From Methanobacteriota archaeon (GTDB lineage: Archaea > Thermoplasmatota > Thermoplasmata > SG8-5 > JAGLSY01), in NCBI GenBank assembly GCA_020697715.1, contig JAEHCO010000005.1, forward strand, positions 1 through 64,000: a DNA stretch of 64,000 bases, read 5' to 3'. Shown here one piece after another: positions 29,137-38,995 of this stretch. The stretch's first letter is position 1. The number at the start of each line of letters is the position of its first letter. The position numbers and the translations under genes were made by a program. The notes under the pieces were generated by a model. It was not told the origin of the DNA and did no database searches. It saw only the letters and a program-made list of their open reading frames with translations.

Positions 29137-29255
29137 CGGACTCATGGGGATTCGAACCCCAGTCGCTGGCTTGCTTCTGCAGGAAGTACGCGACGAATGC
29201 GCGCATTCGTCTGCAGCCGAAGGCCAGCAGGATATCCTAGCTACCCTATGAGCCC
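29137..29255 (-). tRNA. tRNA-Arg(TCG) with 45-nt intron at 37/38 (29172-29216)
   Basis: Acceptor gggctca/tgagtcc, arm ctggc-ct-TCG-g|a-gccag, canonical BHB helix cttc/gaag. Confidence 0.93.
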
Positions 29256-29322
29256 TTGAACCATGTAATAAATCAGGGGTTATTATCAGTTTTGGTGAAG
29301 AAAAAGTTCATAATGTAAAAGT

Positions 29323-29348
29323 GAAGGCCGGATATTTAGCCGGCCTTC
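29323..29348 (-). terminator. Hairpin downstream of rubrerythrin
   Basis: gaaggccgg...ccggccttc inverted repeat followed by T-rich tracts on the minus strand. Confidence 0.5.
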
Positions 29349-29358
29349 TTCAGATTGC

Positions 29359-29934
29359 TTACCAATTCTCTGCCAGCATTTCGAAATATTTCTGATCGTG
29401 CTTGCAAGCTGGGCATATCTGGGGTGCTGCCTCTGCTTCTGTTATGTAACCGCAGTTGATGCATCTCCAGACTGTTGGCTCGGACTTTTTGAAGACTGTT
29501 CCAGCTTCGATGTTCTTGATGAATCCGAGGTATCTGTCCTCATGTTGCTTCTCTGCCACGGCTATTGCTCTCATGACAGCCGCAACCTCTGGGAAGCCCT
29601 CTTCGTCAGCGATCTTGGCGAAGTCCGGGTACATCTCGGTCCACTCGTGGTTCTCGCCCTCGGCCGCGGCCTTCAGGTTCTCCACAGTAGTGCCTATTGA
29701 GCCTGCAGGGAATGCTCCTGTGATCTCACACTCTCCGCCCTCGAAGAACTTGAACAGCCTCTTAGCATGCTCCTTCTCCTGATTCGCGGTCTCCTCGAAG
29801 GCCAGTGATACCTGCACGTATCCCTCTTTCTTGGCCACTGCAGCCCAGTAAGTGTACTTGTTCCTTGCCTGTGACTCACCTGCGAAGGCGGCCATTATGT
29901 TCTTCTCTGTCTGTGTTCCTTTTAGACTTGTCAT
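29359..29934 (-). CDS. rbr: Rubrerythrin
   Basis: [35 protein letters not shown]. Confidence 0.96.
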   Translation of the reverse strand: MTSLKGTQTEKNIMAAFAGESQARNKYTYWAAVAKKEGYVQVSLAFEETANQEKEHAKRLFKFFEGGECEITGAFPAGSIGTTVENLKAAAEGENHEWTEMYPDFAKIADEEGFPEVAAVMRAIAVAEKQHEDRYLGFIKNIEAGTVFKKSEPTVWRCINCGYITEAEAAPQICPACKHDQKYFEMLAENW

Positions 29935-29936
29935 TA

Positions 29937-30365
29937 CTATTCCTCCATATCGATATCTATACTTTTATCATTAATGTAATTGCCGAATTTCACATCTTCG
30001 CCCTTGATGTGATTTACAAGCCAGTTCAGAAGAAAAGTGTTTATGGAGTCTGCCAATGATCCGGTTGCTCCCTCTTCCTCAAAATCCTCTTCCAATTGCT
30101 TTATGACCCCGATGAACTCCGCGTGCATCTTTTTCTGCTCCTCTAATCCAGGATAGGCATATTTGGCCATTTGCTTCTCTTCATCAGCAAAGTGGAAGTT
30201 CGTGTATTCGAACATGAACTCCAGTGATTTCAATATCTCACTGGCTCCCTGTGATGTCTCGACTGCCTTTGATAATTGAGCCAGTCTTTGTATCAGGGTC
30301 TTGTGCTGTTCATCAACAATATCAATACCCACTGCCAGACTTTCATCCCATTCTATACAAAACAT
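29937..30365 (-). CDS. Bacteriohemerythrin
   Basis: VGIDIVDEQH, HFADEE, H, WLVNHIKGED. Confidence 0.92.
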   Translation of the reverse strand: MFCIEWDESLAVGIDIVDEQHKTLIQRLAQLSKAVETSQGASEILKSLEFMFEYTNFHFADEEKQMAKYAYPGLEEQKKMHAEFIGVIKQLEEDFEEEGATGSLADSINTFLLNWLVNHIKGEDVKFGNYINDKSIDIDMEE

Positions 30366-30435
30366 ATCTATTTCCTCCTTTTCAAGTCGCAAATTTGTTT
30401 GCAATCACTTAGTTCTCGCAATCAATCAACTCCTA

Positions 30436-30618
30436 TCATTCCAGGACAACAGCGCCTACCGGGCAGCTGGCCTCACATGCTCCGCATTCAATACAGGAAT
30501 CTGAATTGACCACATGGGCCTTTCCATCTTTTATCTCAAACACATTGGGATCGCCTGGACATACATCAAAGCAATCCCCGGCTCCCTCACAAACATTCAT
30601 GTCAACTTTCGGTGGCAT
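30436..30618 (-). CDS. Ferredoxin ([3Fe-4S]/[4Fe-4S])
   Basis: CEGAGDC..CP and CIECGAC..CP. Confidence 0.9.
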   Translation of the reverse strand: MPPKVDMNVCEGAGDCFDVCPGDPNVFEIKDGKAHVVNSDSCIECGACEASCPVGAVVLE

Positions 30619-30720
30619 TCTATTCACCCTGAGAGTTCATTGAGGTTATACTTATATATCTTGCCCCTCAAGAATGAGGGGCGATCATAAAGAACCTGGA
30701 GGTTATTTTAATTTTTACTT

Positions 30721-31623
30721 TCAGATGACCAGGTCATCCATGTTCACAAAGGAAACCTCTTCCATATGATGTGGATGATATCTTTGCTTTGCCTTTCTGA
30801 GGCCTGCCTTCCCAAGATCTGATTCGCGATTAATGAACTTGAAATCTTTGACCAATATCTTGGCGGCCTCCTGATTGATCACCTGATATATTCCATCGAA
30901 CTCGGGCATTGCCTTCTCGTAATGAACGATAGCTGTGTCATCGTTCATTGCCTCGAAGACCGAAAGACCTTCTATATTACCATCTATTCGAATGATGATC
31001 CCTTTCAGGTCAAGCTCAAAAAGCAGATCCATTGATACTTTCAAAGCCTCAGCCTCTTCAGCAAGTATGGGATCCCCAGAGCAGTTCTTCCACTGGCACC
31101 ATCTTTTTAGAAATTCCATAACTTCTTCAAAATTATTCTGGGAAACTTCCTTGATCTCATAATTATGCCTTCTCTTGAACTTGCTTATTCGGGATCTCAT
31201 CTTGGCATAATTGCCACCTTCAAGCTTATCGAGATCGGAAGCCAGATATGTATAATCGAAATAATCCTCATTGAGTGTGAATTTGATCTCCGGGAAATAT
31301 TTGGAAATCCACTCGATCTCATCATTTTGGACAGCGACCAGTGGTCTTTCTCCCCCGTGCTCCTTGGCCATCTCGACCAGTTTTGTCAGGACATCAGGGT
31401 CTCTTGCGCCATGAGGAAGTCGGAAGAACACCTGCCCACCCATTTTGCTCATATGAAGCAGATCATCACCAACAAAATGATAATAATAATCTGTATGATG
31501 CTTCCAGGATATCATTGTGGAAAAAAGCTTTTCAGAATGTGATACTGGATACTTGGCATAATGCTTGTCGAATTCCTCTTTGGAATCCATCGTGATATCC
31601 TTGAAATCGTCTATTGTGAACAT
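30721..31623 (-). CDS. DUF2156 (LPG synthase C-terminal/GNAT-like) domain protein
   Basis: DYTY..DL..L.G, HYEKA..GIYQ, INRESDLG..GLRKAK..YHP. Confidence 0.85.
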   Translation of the reverse strand: MFTIDDFKDITMDSKEEFDKHYAKYPVSHSEKLFSTMISWKHHTDYYYHFVGDDLLHMSKMGGQVFFRLPHGARDPDVLTKLVEMAKEHGGERPLVAVQNDEIEWISKYFPEIKFTLNEDYFDYTYLASDLDKLEGGNYAKMRSRISKFKRRHNYEIKEVSQNNFEEVMEFLKRWCQWKNCSGDPILAEEAEALKVSMDLLFELDLKGIIIRIDGNIEGLSVFEAMNDDTAIVHYEKAMPEFDGIYQVINQEAAKILVKDFKFINRESDLGKAGLRKAKQRYHPHHMEEVSFVNMDDLVI

Positions 31624-31629
31624 GCAATT

Positions 31630-32064
31630 TCACTCCTTGTTATTGGTCTCGCCCTTGTACAGCATTGGCTCACCATCAAAATTATTGAAGCCTATTTTCT
31701 CATAGAATGGTCGAGAACCCTGCTCGGCTATCAAGCCGATCCATCCGATACCGTGTTTCTTGAGATGTGCCACCAGTGCATTGATTATCATACTGCCGAT
31801 ACCCAATTTTCTCAGATCCTCTCGAACTGCCACATCCTGAATATAAGCATCCGAAACACCATCCGATATCGCCCTGCCCATTCCAACAGCAGTTCCAGAC
31901 TTTCTGTCCACGGCAATGGCGAAGGCAAAACTGCCTTTGATCAGCAGATCAACACCTTCTGGATCATATTCATCCTTCCACCAGCCTCCGACCTTGTAAA
32001 GATCGACTATCTCATCCAGAGGCCAGGACGTGACCATTTCAACTTGAATATCCTGCTTTTCCAA
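31630..32064 (-). CDS. GNAT family N-acetyltransferase
   Basis: VGMGRAISDG..AYIQDVAV..R..GIG, FYEKIGF. Confidence 0.9.
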   Translation of the reverse strand: MEKQDIQVEMVTSWPLDEIVDLYKVGGWWKDEYDPEGVDLLIKGSFAFAIAVDRKSGTAVGMGRAISDGVSDAYIQDVAVREDLRKLGIGSMIINALVAHLKKHGIGWIGLIAEQGSRPFYEKIGFNNFDGEPMLYKGETNNKE

Positions 32065-32082
32065 TCAAACACCATCCGATGA

Positions 32083-32676
32083 TCATTTCAATATTTCGTA
32101 AAATTCCTCGATTGGCATGGTAGCCAGATGCCTGCCCAATTTGTCAAATATCTCCTTGAACTCTGGAAGAGCATGCGATACCTCATGTGCTTCTTTGGAT
32201 TCCCAAAAGGTCACTAGTATGTACTTCAGTGGCTCGATCTTCATATCCGTCAGATCCCCTGGTAGGAAACTCCCAATGGCGGACATGCCATCCACCCTCA
32301 GGACCTTGGATCCAAGAAAACCATCCATGCTCTCTGTGGCTCTGCATAATTGCATTGCCTGGGACATGAAATCACCCTCCTCCCCAGGTCTCAAAGATAT
32401 GAAGTTCAGGGCGCAGATTATCGGCCTGCCATCGGTCTCATAGGAGTTCTGCTCCTCCAATGTAAGGACCTGTGACTCGATGCCCATATCCTCAAGCCTT
32501 TGCTGGCCTATCCTGGATCTATGCATGGTATTGCAGGCCAGCTTGACATCCTTGTCCTTCAGGAATTCCTCATGGAATATCAGATCATAATGGGGTATGT
32601 TGAAAGCACCCTTGATATGTTCTCTAACAAATTCCTCTCGCGATCTCACATCGATTATTATCTCAGACTTGCTCAT
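32083..32676 (-). CDS. Rhodanese-like domain fused to ABM-type (monooxygenase-fold) domain
   Basis: IIDVRSREEF..HIKGAFNIP..C...RS; C-terminal GFLGSKVLR..YILVTFWESKEAH. Confidence 0.75.
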   Translation of the reverse strand: MSKSEIIIDVRSREEFVREHIKGAFNIPHYDLIFHEEFLKDKDVKLACNTMHRSRIGQQRLEDMGIESQVLTLEEQNSYETDGRPIICALNFISLRPGEEGDFMSQAMQLCRATESMDGFLGSKVLRVDGMSAIGSFLPGDLTDMKIEPLKYILVTFWESKEAHEVSHALPEFKEIFDKLGRHLATMPIEEFYEILK

Positions 32677-32683
32677 AATATCA

Positions 32684-33211
32684 CTACATGAATCTTTCAA
32701 AGCGTTCCTTCGTCGCCTTGCATATCGGGCATACTGGAGGGGGATCGTCCCTTGCAGCCAGATAGCCGCAGACCTTGCATCTCCAGACAGGATAGGCAAG
32801 TCCAGAGGGTGCTTCCGCCCCACTCGCTTCATCTTCCTGAACTGGGATCTGGGCCTTCTCGATCTTCCTTTCTGAATAGGATGGTCTTCTGTCTGGTATT
32901 GGTTCTGGTTGGGCGTCGCCACGCTTTATCTCATCCGAGACATAAAGCGCGCAATAGCAGGCTCCGAACTCATTGAGATCCGCATCCCGGTAATCGCAGG
33001 GGCAGACGATGTCCAGATCATCCGCTTTATCGCCATCGGCCAGCCTACACGGGCATGCCCAATATCCGTAAGTCTCTTCATTGATCAGCAAGCCCTCGAT
33101 GAGCTCTTTCACGAAGTCCGTATCTGGACTTAGGTGATAGCCGAATTTTTCAGCATCCGCATCCAGTTTCTTGAATGTAGTTTCGATCTTTTCTGGAGGA
33201 ATATCACTCAT
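32684..33211 (-). CDS. Ferredoxin:thioredoxin reductase catalytic subunit fused to rubredoxin-like domain
   Basis: CPCR, CPC, CYC; C-terminal WRCKVCGY..CPIC. Confidence 0.9.
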   Translation of the reverse strand: MSDIPPEKIETTFKKLDADAEKFGYHLSPDTDFVKELIEGLLINEETYGYWACPCRLADGDKADDLDIVCPCDYRDADLNEFGACYCALYVSDEIKRGDAQPEPIPDRRPSYSERKIEKAQIPVQEDEASGAEAPSGLAYPVWRCKVCGYLAARDDPPPVCPICKATKERFERFM

Positions 33212-33483
33212 ACGCCAAGGGCCTCCTTGATCTCTTCCTCTTTGAAGCCCACTATGCATATCTCGTCCCTGATGACCAGTGTGGGGAATGAGGTGCGCTC
33301 ATTCCACTTTGCCACTTCCTTGATACATGCCTCGCGGGCCTCCCCGGCCAGCTTGTCCACGAACTCAACTTCATAGGCAACTCCCAGTTCATTCAGTAAA
33401 TTCTTCGTTTTCTTGCACCAGCCACATGTGCTGAGTGCGTACAATACGACTTTCCCCTTGTCAATTCCATCAACATGTTCCAT
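33208..33483 (-). CDS. Glutaredoxin/NrdH-like redoxin
   Basis: YALSTCGWCKKT, SFPTLVI, IVGF. Confidence 0.9.
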   Translation of the reverse strand: MEHVDGIDKGKVVLYALSTCGWCKKTKNLLNELGVAYEVEFVDKLAGEAREACIKEVAKWNERTSFPTLVIRDEICIVGFKEEEIKEALGV

Positions 33484-33567
33484 AATCATCACTCCTAAAT
33501 TTGTACTCTATCATATATTATCGATAGATAATCTTGGTTCAGGTATATATTTACAACCCCTGTTGAA

Positions 33568-34185
33568 TCAATCTTCTTTAAAGCGCTTCAGCCTAAACAC
33601 ATTCTCACGCTCAAGCTCTTCCAGCCTCATCATGATCATGTTTTCCGCAGTCTTCAACTCTGGTATAACTTTGAACTCCAGCGCATTAACTCTCCTCTTG
33701 GTTCCAGATATCTCTTCCAAGAGCTTCTTCAACGTGGTCTCTATCTCGGCGGCCCTTACAATTTCCTCCACCAGTTCCTCATAAGCTTCCGCTGCTTCAT
33801 CGATCCTGGTAGATGTGCCTATCAGACCATAACCGCGCTCGTCAATTCGCTTTCTGACCTTCTCGCCCTTGATCTTCGGAACAACAACACCCATCACGTT
33901 CTTCGTGTACAGGGAGATGGTTGGAACTTCAGCGGCTGCAAACGCCGCTGACCTCACTCCCATCTCACCTTCCACTGCTTCGGCGATGGCCAGCTTCCGC
34001 TCCGCGGTCGTGCATTTGTACATGATGCTACCGCGAACCTTTTTCGCCTCCTCCAGTATCTCGAAGAATTCAAGAATTAGCCCATCTCTCTTTTTCTTGA
34101 GAAGGTCGTAACCTTTCTCAGAGAATTTGATGCGCTTCTTGACATCGAGCAGTTCGGATCTTGTTGGTTTGAATTCCCTGGCCAT
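33568..34185 (-). CDS. atpD: A1Ao ATP synthase subunit D
   Basis: KPTRSELL, LLKKKRDGL, TKRRVNALE. Confidence 0.96.
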   Translation of the reverse strand: MAREFKPTRSELLDVKKRIKFSEKGYDLLKKKRDGLILEFFEILEEAKKVRGSIMYKCTTAERKLAIAEAVEGEMGVRSAAFAAAEVPTISLYTKNVMGVVVPKIKGEKVRKRIDERGYGLIGTSTRIDEAAEAYEELVEEIVRAAEIETTLKKLLEEISGTKRRVNALEFKVIPELKTAENMIMMRLEELERENVFRLKRFKED

Positions 34186-34244
34186 GTGTTGTTTCCTCTT
34201 TGTTTTATTTTATTTAATTATATTTGATCTTGTCATTTCAATTA

Positions 34245-35633
34245 TCACAGCTTACTTGGTTTTTTATGCGCTGGGTGATAGGCATTTATGATCTTATTAT
34301 CGATCTTCGTAAGAGAAGCCTCTGGTATGTGGGACAGTAGATCCCAGCATATACCCAATGTCTCCTCGATCGGCCTATCATCCTCATATCCCTGCCTGAC
34401 AACTTTATCCTCGAAGCCATCCGCGAAGTCCAGATATTTTCTGTCAGCTTCGGATAGAGCTTCCTTTCCAATTATGGACACCAGTGATCGCAGGTCTTTG
34501 CCATTAGCGTATACCGCGTAACACTGATCGGATACCGCTTTGTGATCCTCACGCGTCATGCCCTTTCCAATACCGGAATCCATCAGTCTTGACAATGATC
34601 CAGATATATCGATAGGTGGGTAGATACCCTGCCTGTGCAGATCTCTTGAAACGATGATCTGGCCCTCGGTGATATACGCACTCAGGTCAGGTATCGGATG
34701 TGTGATGTCATCATCCGGCATGGAAAGAATTGGGATCTGTGTTATGGTACCCTTTCTTCCCTTTATCCTGCCCGCTCGCTCGTACATGGTGGCAAGATCG
34801 GTGTACATGTAACCCGGATATCCTCTCCTGCCAGGAACCTCTTCCCTGGCAGCTCCTATCTGCCTCAAGGCCTCGCAATAGTTCGTTATGTCTGTTAGAA
34901 TGATCAGGACGTGCATGTCGAGATCGAAAGCCAGATATTCGGCGGCTGTCAATGCCATCTTCGGTGTGATAAGACGCTCAATTGTTGGATCATTGGCCAG
35001 ATTCAGGAACACGACCGATTTCTTGATCGCACCAGTTCTCTCGAACTCCCTCATGAAATGCTGTGCTTCCTCATTGGTGATACCCATGGCTGCAAATACC
35101 ACAGCAAATTCCTCTACTTCGGCCAACACCTTCGCGTTCTTGGCTATCTGAAGCGCGATGTCATTGTGCGGAAGACCGCTACCAGAGAAAATTGGAAGTT
35201 TCTGGCCTCTCACCAAAGTGAACATACCGTCTATCGTGGATATGCCAGTCTGAATGAATTCCTTTGGCTTCTCACGAGCATAAGGATTGATAGCTCCGAC
35301 AATTATCTCTTTCTTTTCTTTGGGTATGATCGGTGGCCCGCCATCCAATGGCTGGCCAGCACCGCTCAGGATCCTGCCTATTATATCGGGTGAAACACCC
35401 AGCTTCACAGTCTCTCCCAGGAATTTCACGGTCGAATTCCTGTCGATACCGTCAGTTCCCTCGAAGACCTGGACAACCACCATGTCTTTTGAAGTATCAA
35501 GGACCTGGCCTCTCTTCCTGCTTCCATCGGAGAGTGTGATGTCCACTATCTCGCCATAGCCCACATGCTCTGTTTTCTCGAGGAAGACCAGGGGGCCAGC
35601 TATCTCCGTGATAGTTCGATATTCTTTTCTCAT
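34245..35633 (-). CDS. atpB: A1Ao ATP synthase subunit B
   Basis: [37 protein letters not shown]. Confidence 0.97.
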   Translation of the reverse strand: MRKEYRTITEIAGPLVFLEKTEHVGYGEIVDITLSDGSRKRGQVLDTSKDMVVVQVFEGTDGIDRNSTVKFLGETVKLGVSPDIIGRILSGAGQPLDGGPPIIPKEKKEIIVGAINPYAREKPKEFIQTGISTIDGMFTLVRGQKLPIFSGSGLPHNDIALQIAKNAKVLAEVEEFAVVFAAMGITNEEAQHFMREFERTGAIKKSVVFLNLANDPTIERLITPKMALTAAEYLAFDLDMHVLIILTDITNYCEALRQIGAAREEVPGRRGYPGYMYTDLATMYERAGRIKGRKGTITQIPILSMPDDDITHPIPDLSAYITEGQIIVSRDLHRQGIYPPIDISGSLSRLMDSGIGKGMTREDHKAVSDQCYAVYANGKDLRSLVSIIGKEALSEADRKYLDFADGFEDKVVRQGYEDDRPIEETLGICWDLLSHIPEASLTKIDNKIINAYHPAHKKPSKL

Positions 35634-35689
35634 TGTGAATCCCTCCACTTCGCTACGGGCTTATCAATGCGCTCCTTGCAGTCGCTCAT
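35630..35689 (-). other. 19-aa bridging open frame with hairpin between atpA and atpB
   Basis: [23 protein letters not shown] overlaps at both ends. Confidence 0.55.
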
Positions 35690-37476
35690 TGATTCACCTC
35701 TTTGAGTTTCTCCACCTTACTGGATGGTTCAGCTTCTCCTCTCATGTCCGTGCATTCGCCCATCATGCAGTCCATGACCTTTTTCAATTCTGCATCGAAC
35801 TCGGGTTCGTATTTGACCTTCGCAAGGTCGTCCTTGGATTTCATGGACATTATCTTCGTGATCGGCACACCTACTGAAAGCAGGTCCATTGAATCATCAT
35901 TGAACTTCTTGATACAATCAATTAAATTCTCCTGTCTGGATGGTTTACAGAAGGTGTCCACATCGTGGAATGCATTTTGCTGAAGGAAGTATTCTCTCAA
36001 CATCCTGGCCACCTCGAGCAACACACGCTGATCATCCGGTAATGCATCGGCTCCAACGAGCTGAACTATCTCCTGTAACTCGGCTTCTTTCTGGAGAACT
36101 CCCATAGCCCATTTTACCTTGCTGGACCAATCTTTGTCCACATTCTCACTGAACCATGGGTCCAATGACTGTGAATATAAACTATATGAATTCAACCAGT
36201 TGACAGCAGGGAAATGCCTTCTTTCCCTGAGCTTGGTATCCAGAGCCCAGAAGACCTTGACGATCCTCAATGTGGCTTGCGTAACTGGTTCGGAGAAATC
36301 CCCACCCTGTGGAGATACAGCCCCGATAACAGATACCGAGCCTTCCTTTCCATTGAGCCCGCTCACACGGCCAGCTCTCTCATAGAAAGCGGATAATTTG
36401 GATGACAGGTAAGCTGGATATCCTTCTTCCCCAGGCATTTCTTCCAGCCTGGAGGATATCTCTCTCATCGCCTCGGCCCATCTTGATGTTGAATCAGCCA
36501 TCAGTGCGATATCATAGCCCATATCACGATAATACTCGGCCATCGTGATACCTGTGTAAACTGAAGCTTCTCTTGCAGCCACTGGCATATTGGAGGTATT
36601 GGCTATCAGGATCGTCCTGTCCATAAGAGGAGCACCTGTCTGCGGATCCTCCAGTTCGGGGAATTCCTTGAGCACATCGGCCATCTCATTGCCCCTTTCA
36701 CCACAGCCGACATATACGACCATGTCCGCGTCACTCCACTTGGCCAGCTGATGCTCGGTGACTGTCTTCCCAGTTCCGAATCCACCTGGAATTGCAGCAG
36801 TTCCGCCCTTGGCTATCGGGAAGAAAGTGTCCAGAACCCTCTGACCTGTGATAAGTGGTATATCGGGTGCGAGTTTTTCCACGATCGGCCTGGGGTTTCT
36901 AACTGGCCAATTGTGATACATCTTCAACTTATCGCCACCGTCCAGTGTTGCGATTATCTCATCGATATTGAAATCTCCACCCTTGATATCCGTGATCGTG
37001 CCAGATATTCCAGGGGGCACCATGATATAATGCTTGATATTCTTGGATTCCTGAACCCAGCCAATTATCGAGTTCGGAGATACTTCATCGCCCACATTGG
37101 CTGTTGGATTGAATGTCCATATCTTTTCGTGATCCAGACCAGGTACATTGACCCCTCTCTCAATGATGTCACCCATCTTCTCCTGAAGCACTTCCAGGGG
37201 TCTCTGAATTCCATCATATATGCTTGTCAGAAGCCCGGGCCCGAGTTCCGCAGTCAATGGCTCGCCGGTATCCGTAACTGGCTCACCTGGGCGGATACCC
37301 GAGGTATCCTCATAGACCTGGATGATGCTCTTTTCTCCAATTATCTGGATAACCTCTCCCATCAGCTTTTCCTCGCCGACGAATACCACATCAAACATCC
37401 TAGGCTCTATGCCAGTTACCGTGACCACAGGACCTGCAACCCTGAAGATCTCACCTGTTCCTTTCTCTTCGCTCAT
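35686..37476 (-). CDS. atpA: A1Ao ATP synthase subunit A
   Basis: [37 protein letters not shown]; no intein visible. Confidence 0.97.
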   Translation of the reverse strand: MSEEKGTGEIFRVAGPVVTVTGIEPRMFDVVFVGEEKLMGEVIQIIGEKSIIQVYEDTSGIRPGEPVTDTGEPLTAELGPGLLTSIYDGIQRPLEVLQEKMGDIIERGVNVPGLDHEKIWTFNPTANVGDEVSPNSIIGWVQESKNIKHYIMVPPGISGTITDIKGGDFNIDEIIATLDGGDKLKMYHNWPVRNPRPIVEKLAPDIPLITGQRVLDTFFPIAKGGTAAIPGGFGTGKTVTEHQLAKWSDADMVVYVGCGERGNEMADVLKEFPELEDPQTGAPLMDRTILIANTSNMPVAAREASVYTGITMAEYYRDMGYDIALMADSTSRWAEAMREISSRLEEMPGEEGYPAYLSSKLSAFYERAGRVSGLNGKEGSVSVIGAVSPQGGDFSEPVTQATLRIVKVFWALDTKLRERRHFPAVNWLNSYSLYSQSLDPWFSENVDKDWSSKVKWAMGVLQKEAELQEIVQLVGADALPDDQRVLLEVARMLREYFLQQNAFHDVDTFCKPSRQENLIDCIKKFNDDSMDLLSVGVPITKIMSMKSKDDLAKVKYEPEFDAELKKVMDCMMGECTDMRGEAEPSSKVEKLKEVNQ

Positions 37477-37480
37477 TCTT

Positions 37481-37783
37481 TCATCCTCCTTTGAATAGAT
37501 CAATTCCAATAACTCTCTTAACTTTCTCTCTCAGGTCGCTCTCTTCTTCTCTGCCAACAGCGACAACGACCGGGCTGACGGATGCCAAGAATTTTCTTCT
37601 GGACTCTTCCGACAGCGATTGAAGGGACGAGTTGTGTATCACCACGATTCCAACATCCTCATCCTGCATAATCTCATTAAGTTTATTTTCGATATCCACA
37701 TCATTCGCGACATGGATCTTTCTGATACCAACAAGCTGATAGCCCAGCACGAAATCATTTGTACCCAATACAGCCAGTTCCAT
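37481..37783 (-). CDS. atpF: A1Ao ATP synthase subunit F
   Basis: LAVLG...[20 protein letters not shown]. Confidence 0.93.
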   Translation of the reverse strand: MELAVLGTNDFVLGYQLVGIRKIHVANDVDIENKLNEIMQDEDVGIVVIHNSSLQSLSEESRRKFLASVSPVVVAVGREEESDLREKVKRVIGIDLFKGG

Positions 37784-37900
37784 TCAGACCATCTCCTGTA
37801 TCGAGGATGGTGTAAAATGAAATGCTTTTATCCATTTCATTCAGACCATCTCCTGTCGGGGATGTTGTAAAATGAAAAATATCTTGATGTTTTTCATTCA
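37781..37900 (-). repeat. Two 57-bp tandem units, each an 18-aa open frame with hairpin and RBS, between atpC and atpF
   Basis: cattcag at 37781, 37838 and 37895; units read MKNIKIFFILQHPRQEMV* and MKWIKAFHFTPSSIQEMV*. Confidence 0.85.
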
Positions 37901-38995
37901 GTTCACCAGCAATCCCCTTATCGTGTCAATGTCCAGGCCGCTCTCTTTTCCTCTTGCGATTATCCGTAGATTATCTACTTCTATCTTCTTAAGAATCAGA
38001 TAATTCAGAATGGGAAGCACGGATAATGGATACACCTTGGCGAACTTGTCCGCCTGCTTGAGCAAGTGTTTCTCCGCCTGCCTGGTCATCTCGTTCAATG
38101 TCATTTTCTCCTCAACTTTTTCAGAGGCTTCCGCAATGTCCTCGTAGAAGGAGAACCTTTGAAGTTCTCCTATGAACTGCTGATACGAGGTCGCGGCCAA
38201 TAATGCCTTCATACCCGCACCCTTCAGTTCTCCTCCACCAGGTATCATATACTGCTCGGGATCATTGATGCCTTTTTCATGCAATATCAGATCGAATTTT
38301 ATCTTCATAAGAGTTGTAAGATTCTCAATATCTATCTCTTTCTTTATGAAGTTCAGGAAAAGGGCTGTGGAACGAGATTTGACCGCGGATGCGGATGTGA
38401 TAAGTGTAGCATAATACGCCTTGTCTATCTCATTCTCAAAGGATATTAGAGTTGTTATGGCGGTTGATTCTCCAATATTCCTCATAGCTTTCTCAAGTGA
38501 GTGATGATACGGCGTGCCTTTCAGGCCAGCTATGACCTCGGGGATCGAGCCAGACCTTGCCAATTCCTCAAGTTTTGCCATCTTCATGGTCCCACTGGGT
38601 GTCAATTCCGCGATTATCGCTTCTGCATCTGCTTCGTGAAATTTACCTCTGAGAATTGTCTTTATATTCCATACATCCACCTTCCCAAGATAATGGCTTA
38701 CCAGATCCTTTAATTGACCCTCACAGAAGGTCATTATCTGATTATATATCATAGCCAGATTGGCATTGGTAGCCCTCTCAACAAGAGCCGCTCCCGAGAA
38801 ATCAGATGATAGTTTCTCGATCTCGGCCTTATACTGGCTGTCTCCGATATATCTGGATATACCTGGCAAGTCCATGACTGAAAGCCTTAGATATTCATCC
38901 TTCTGAATAAGGAAGCGTCTCTTGGCCCTTACCCTTGTACAGGCATAGGGATAATTACTGGATGCACGACTGAACTTCAAACTTTTCACCCTCAC
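37898..38995 (-). CDS. atpC: A1Ao ATP synthase subunit C
   Basis: YPYACTRVRA, DVWNIKTILRGK, EVDNLRIIARGK; GTG start overlapping atpE stop. Confidence 0.93.
   Translation of the reverse strand: MRVKSLKFSRASSNYPYACTRVRAKRRFLIQKDEYLRLSVMDLPGISRYIGDSQYKAEIEKLSSDFSGAALVERATNANLAMIYNQIMTFCEGQLKDLVSHYLGKVDVWNIKTILRGKFHEADAEAIIAELTPSGTMKMAKLEELARSGSIPEVIAGLKGTPYHHSLEKAMRNIGESTAITTLISFENEIDKAYYATLITSASAVKSRSTALFLNFIKKEIDIENLTTLMKIKFDLILHEKGINDPEQYMIPGGGELKGAGMKALLAATSYQQFIGELQRFSFYEDIAEASEKVEEKMTLNEMTRQAEKHLLKQADKFAKVYPLSVLPILNYLILKKIEVDNLRIIARGKESGLDIDTIRGLLVN

Noticed and set aside
36751-37494. Long antisense ORFs such as this 247-aa frame
   Set aside because: Shadows of well-supported genes on the opposite strand, without motifs
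37781-37900. TGA read-through creating an AtpC-AtpF fusion
   Set aside because: Each TGA is followed by ATG with an RBS upstream, so reinitiation is simpler; no recoding signal seen
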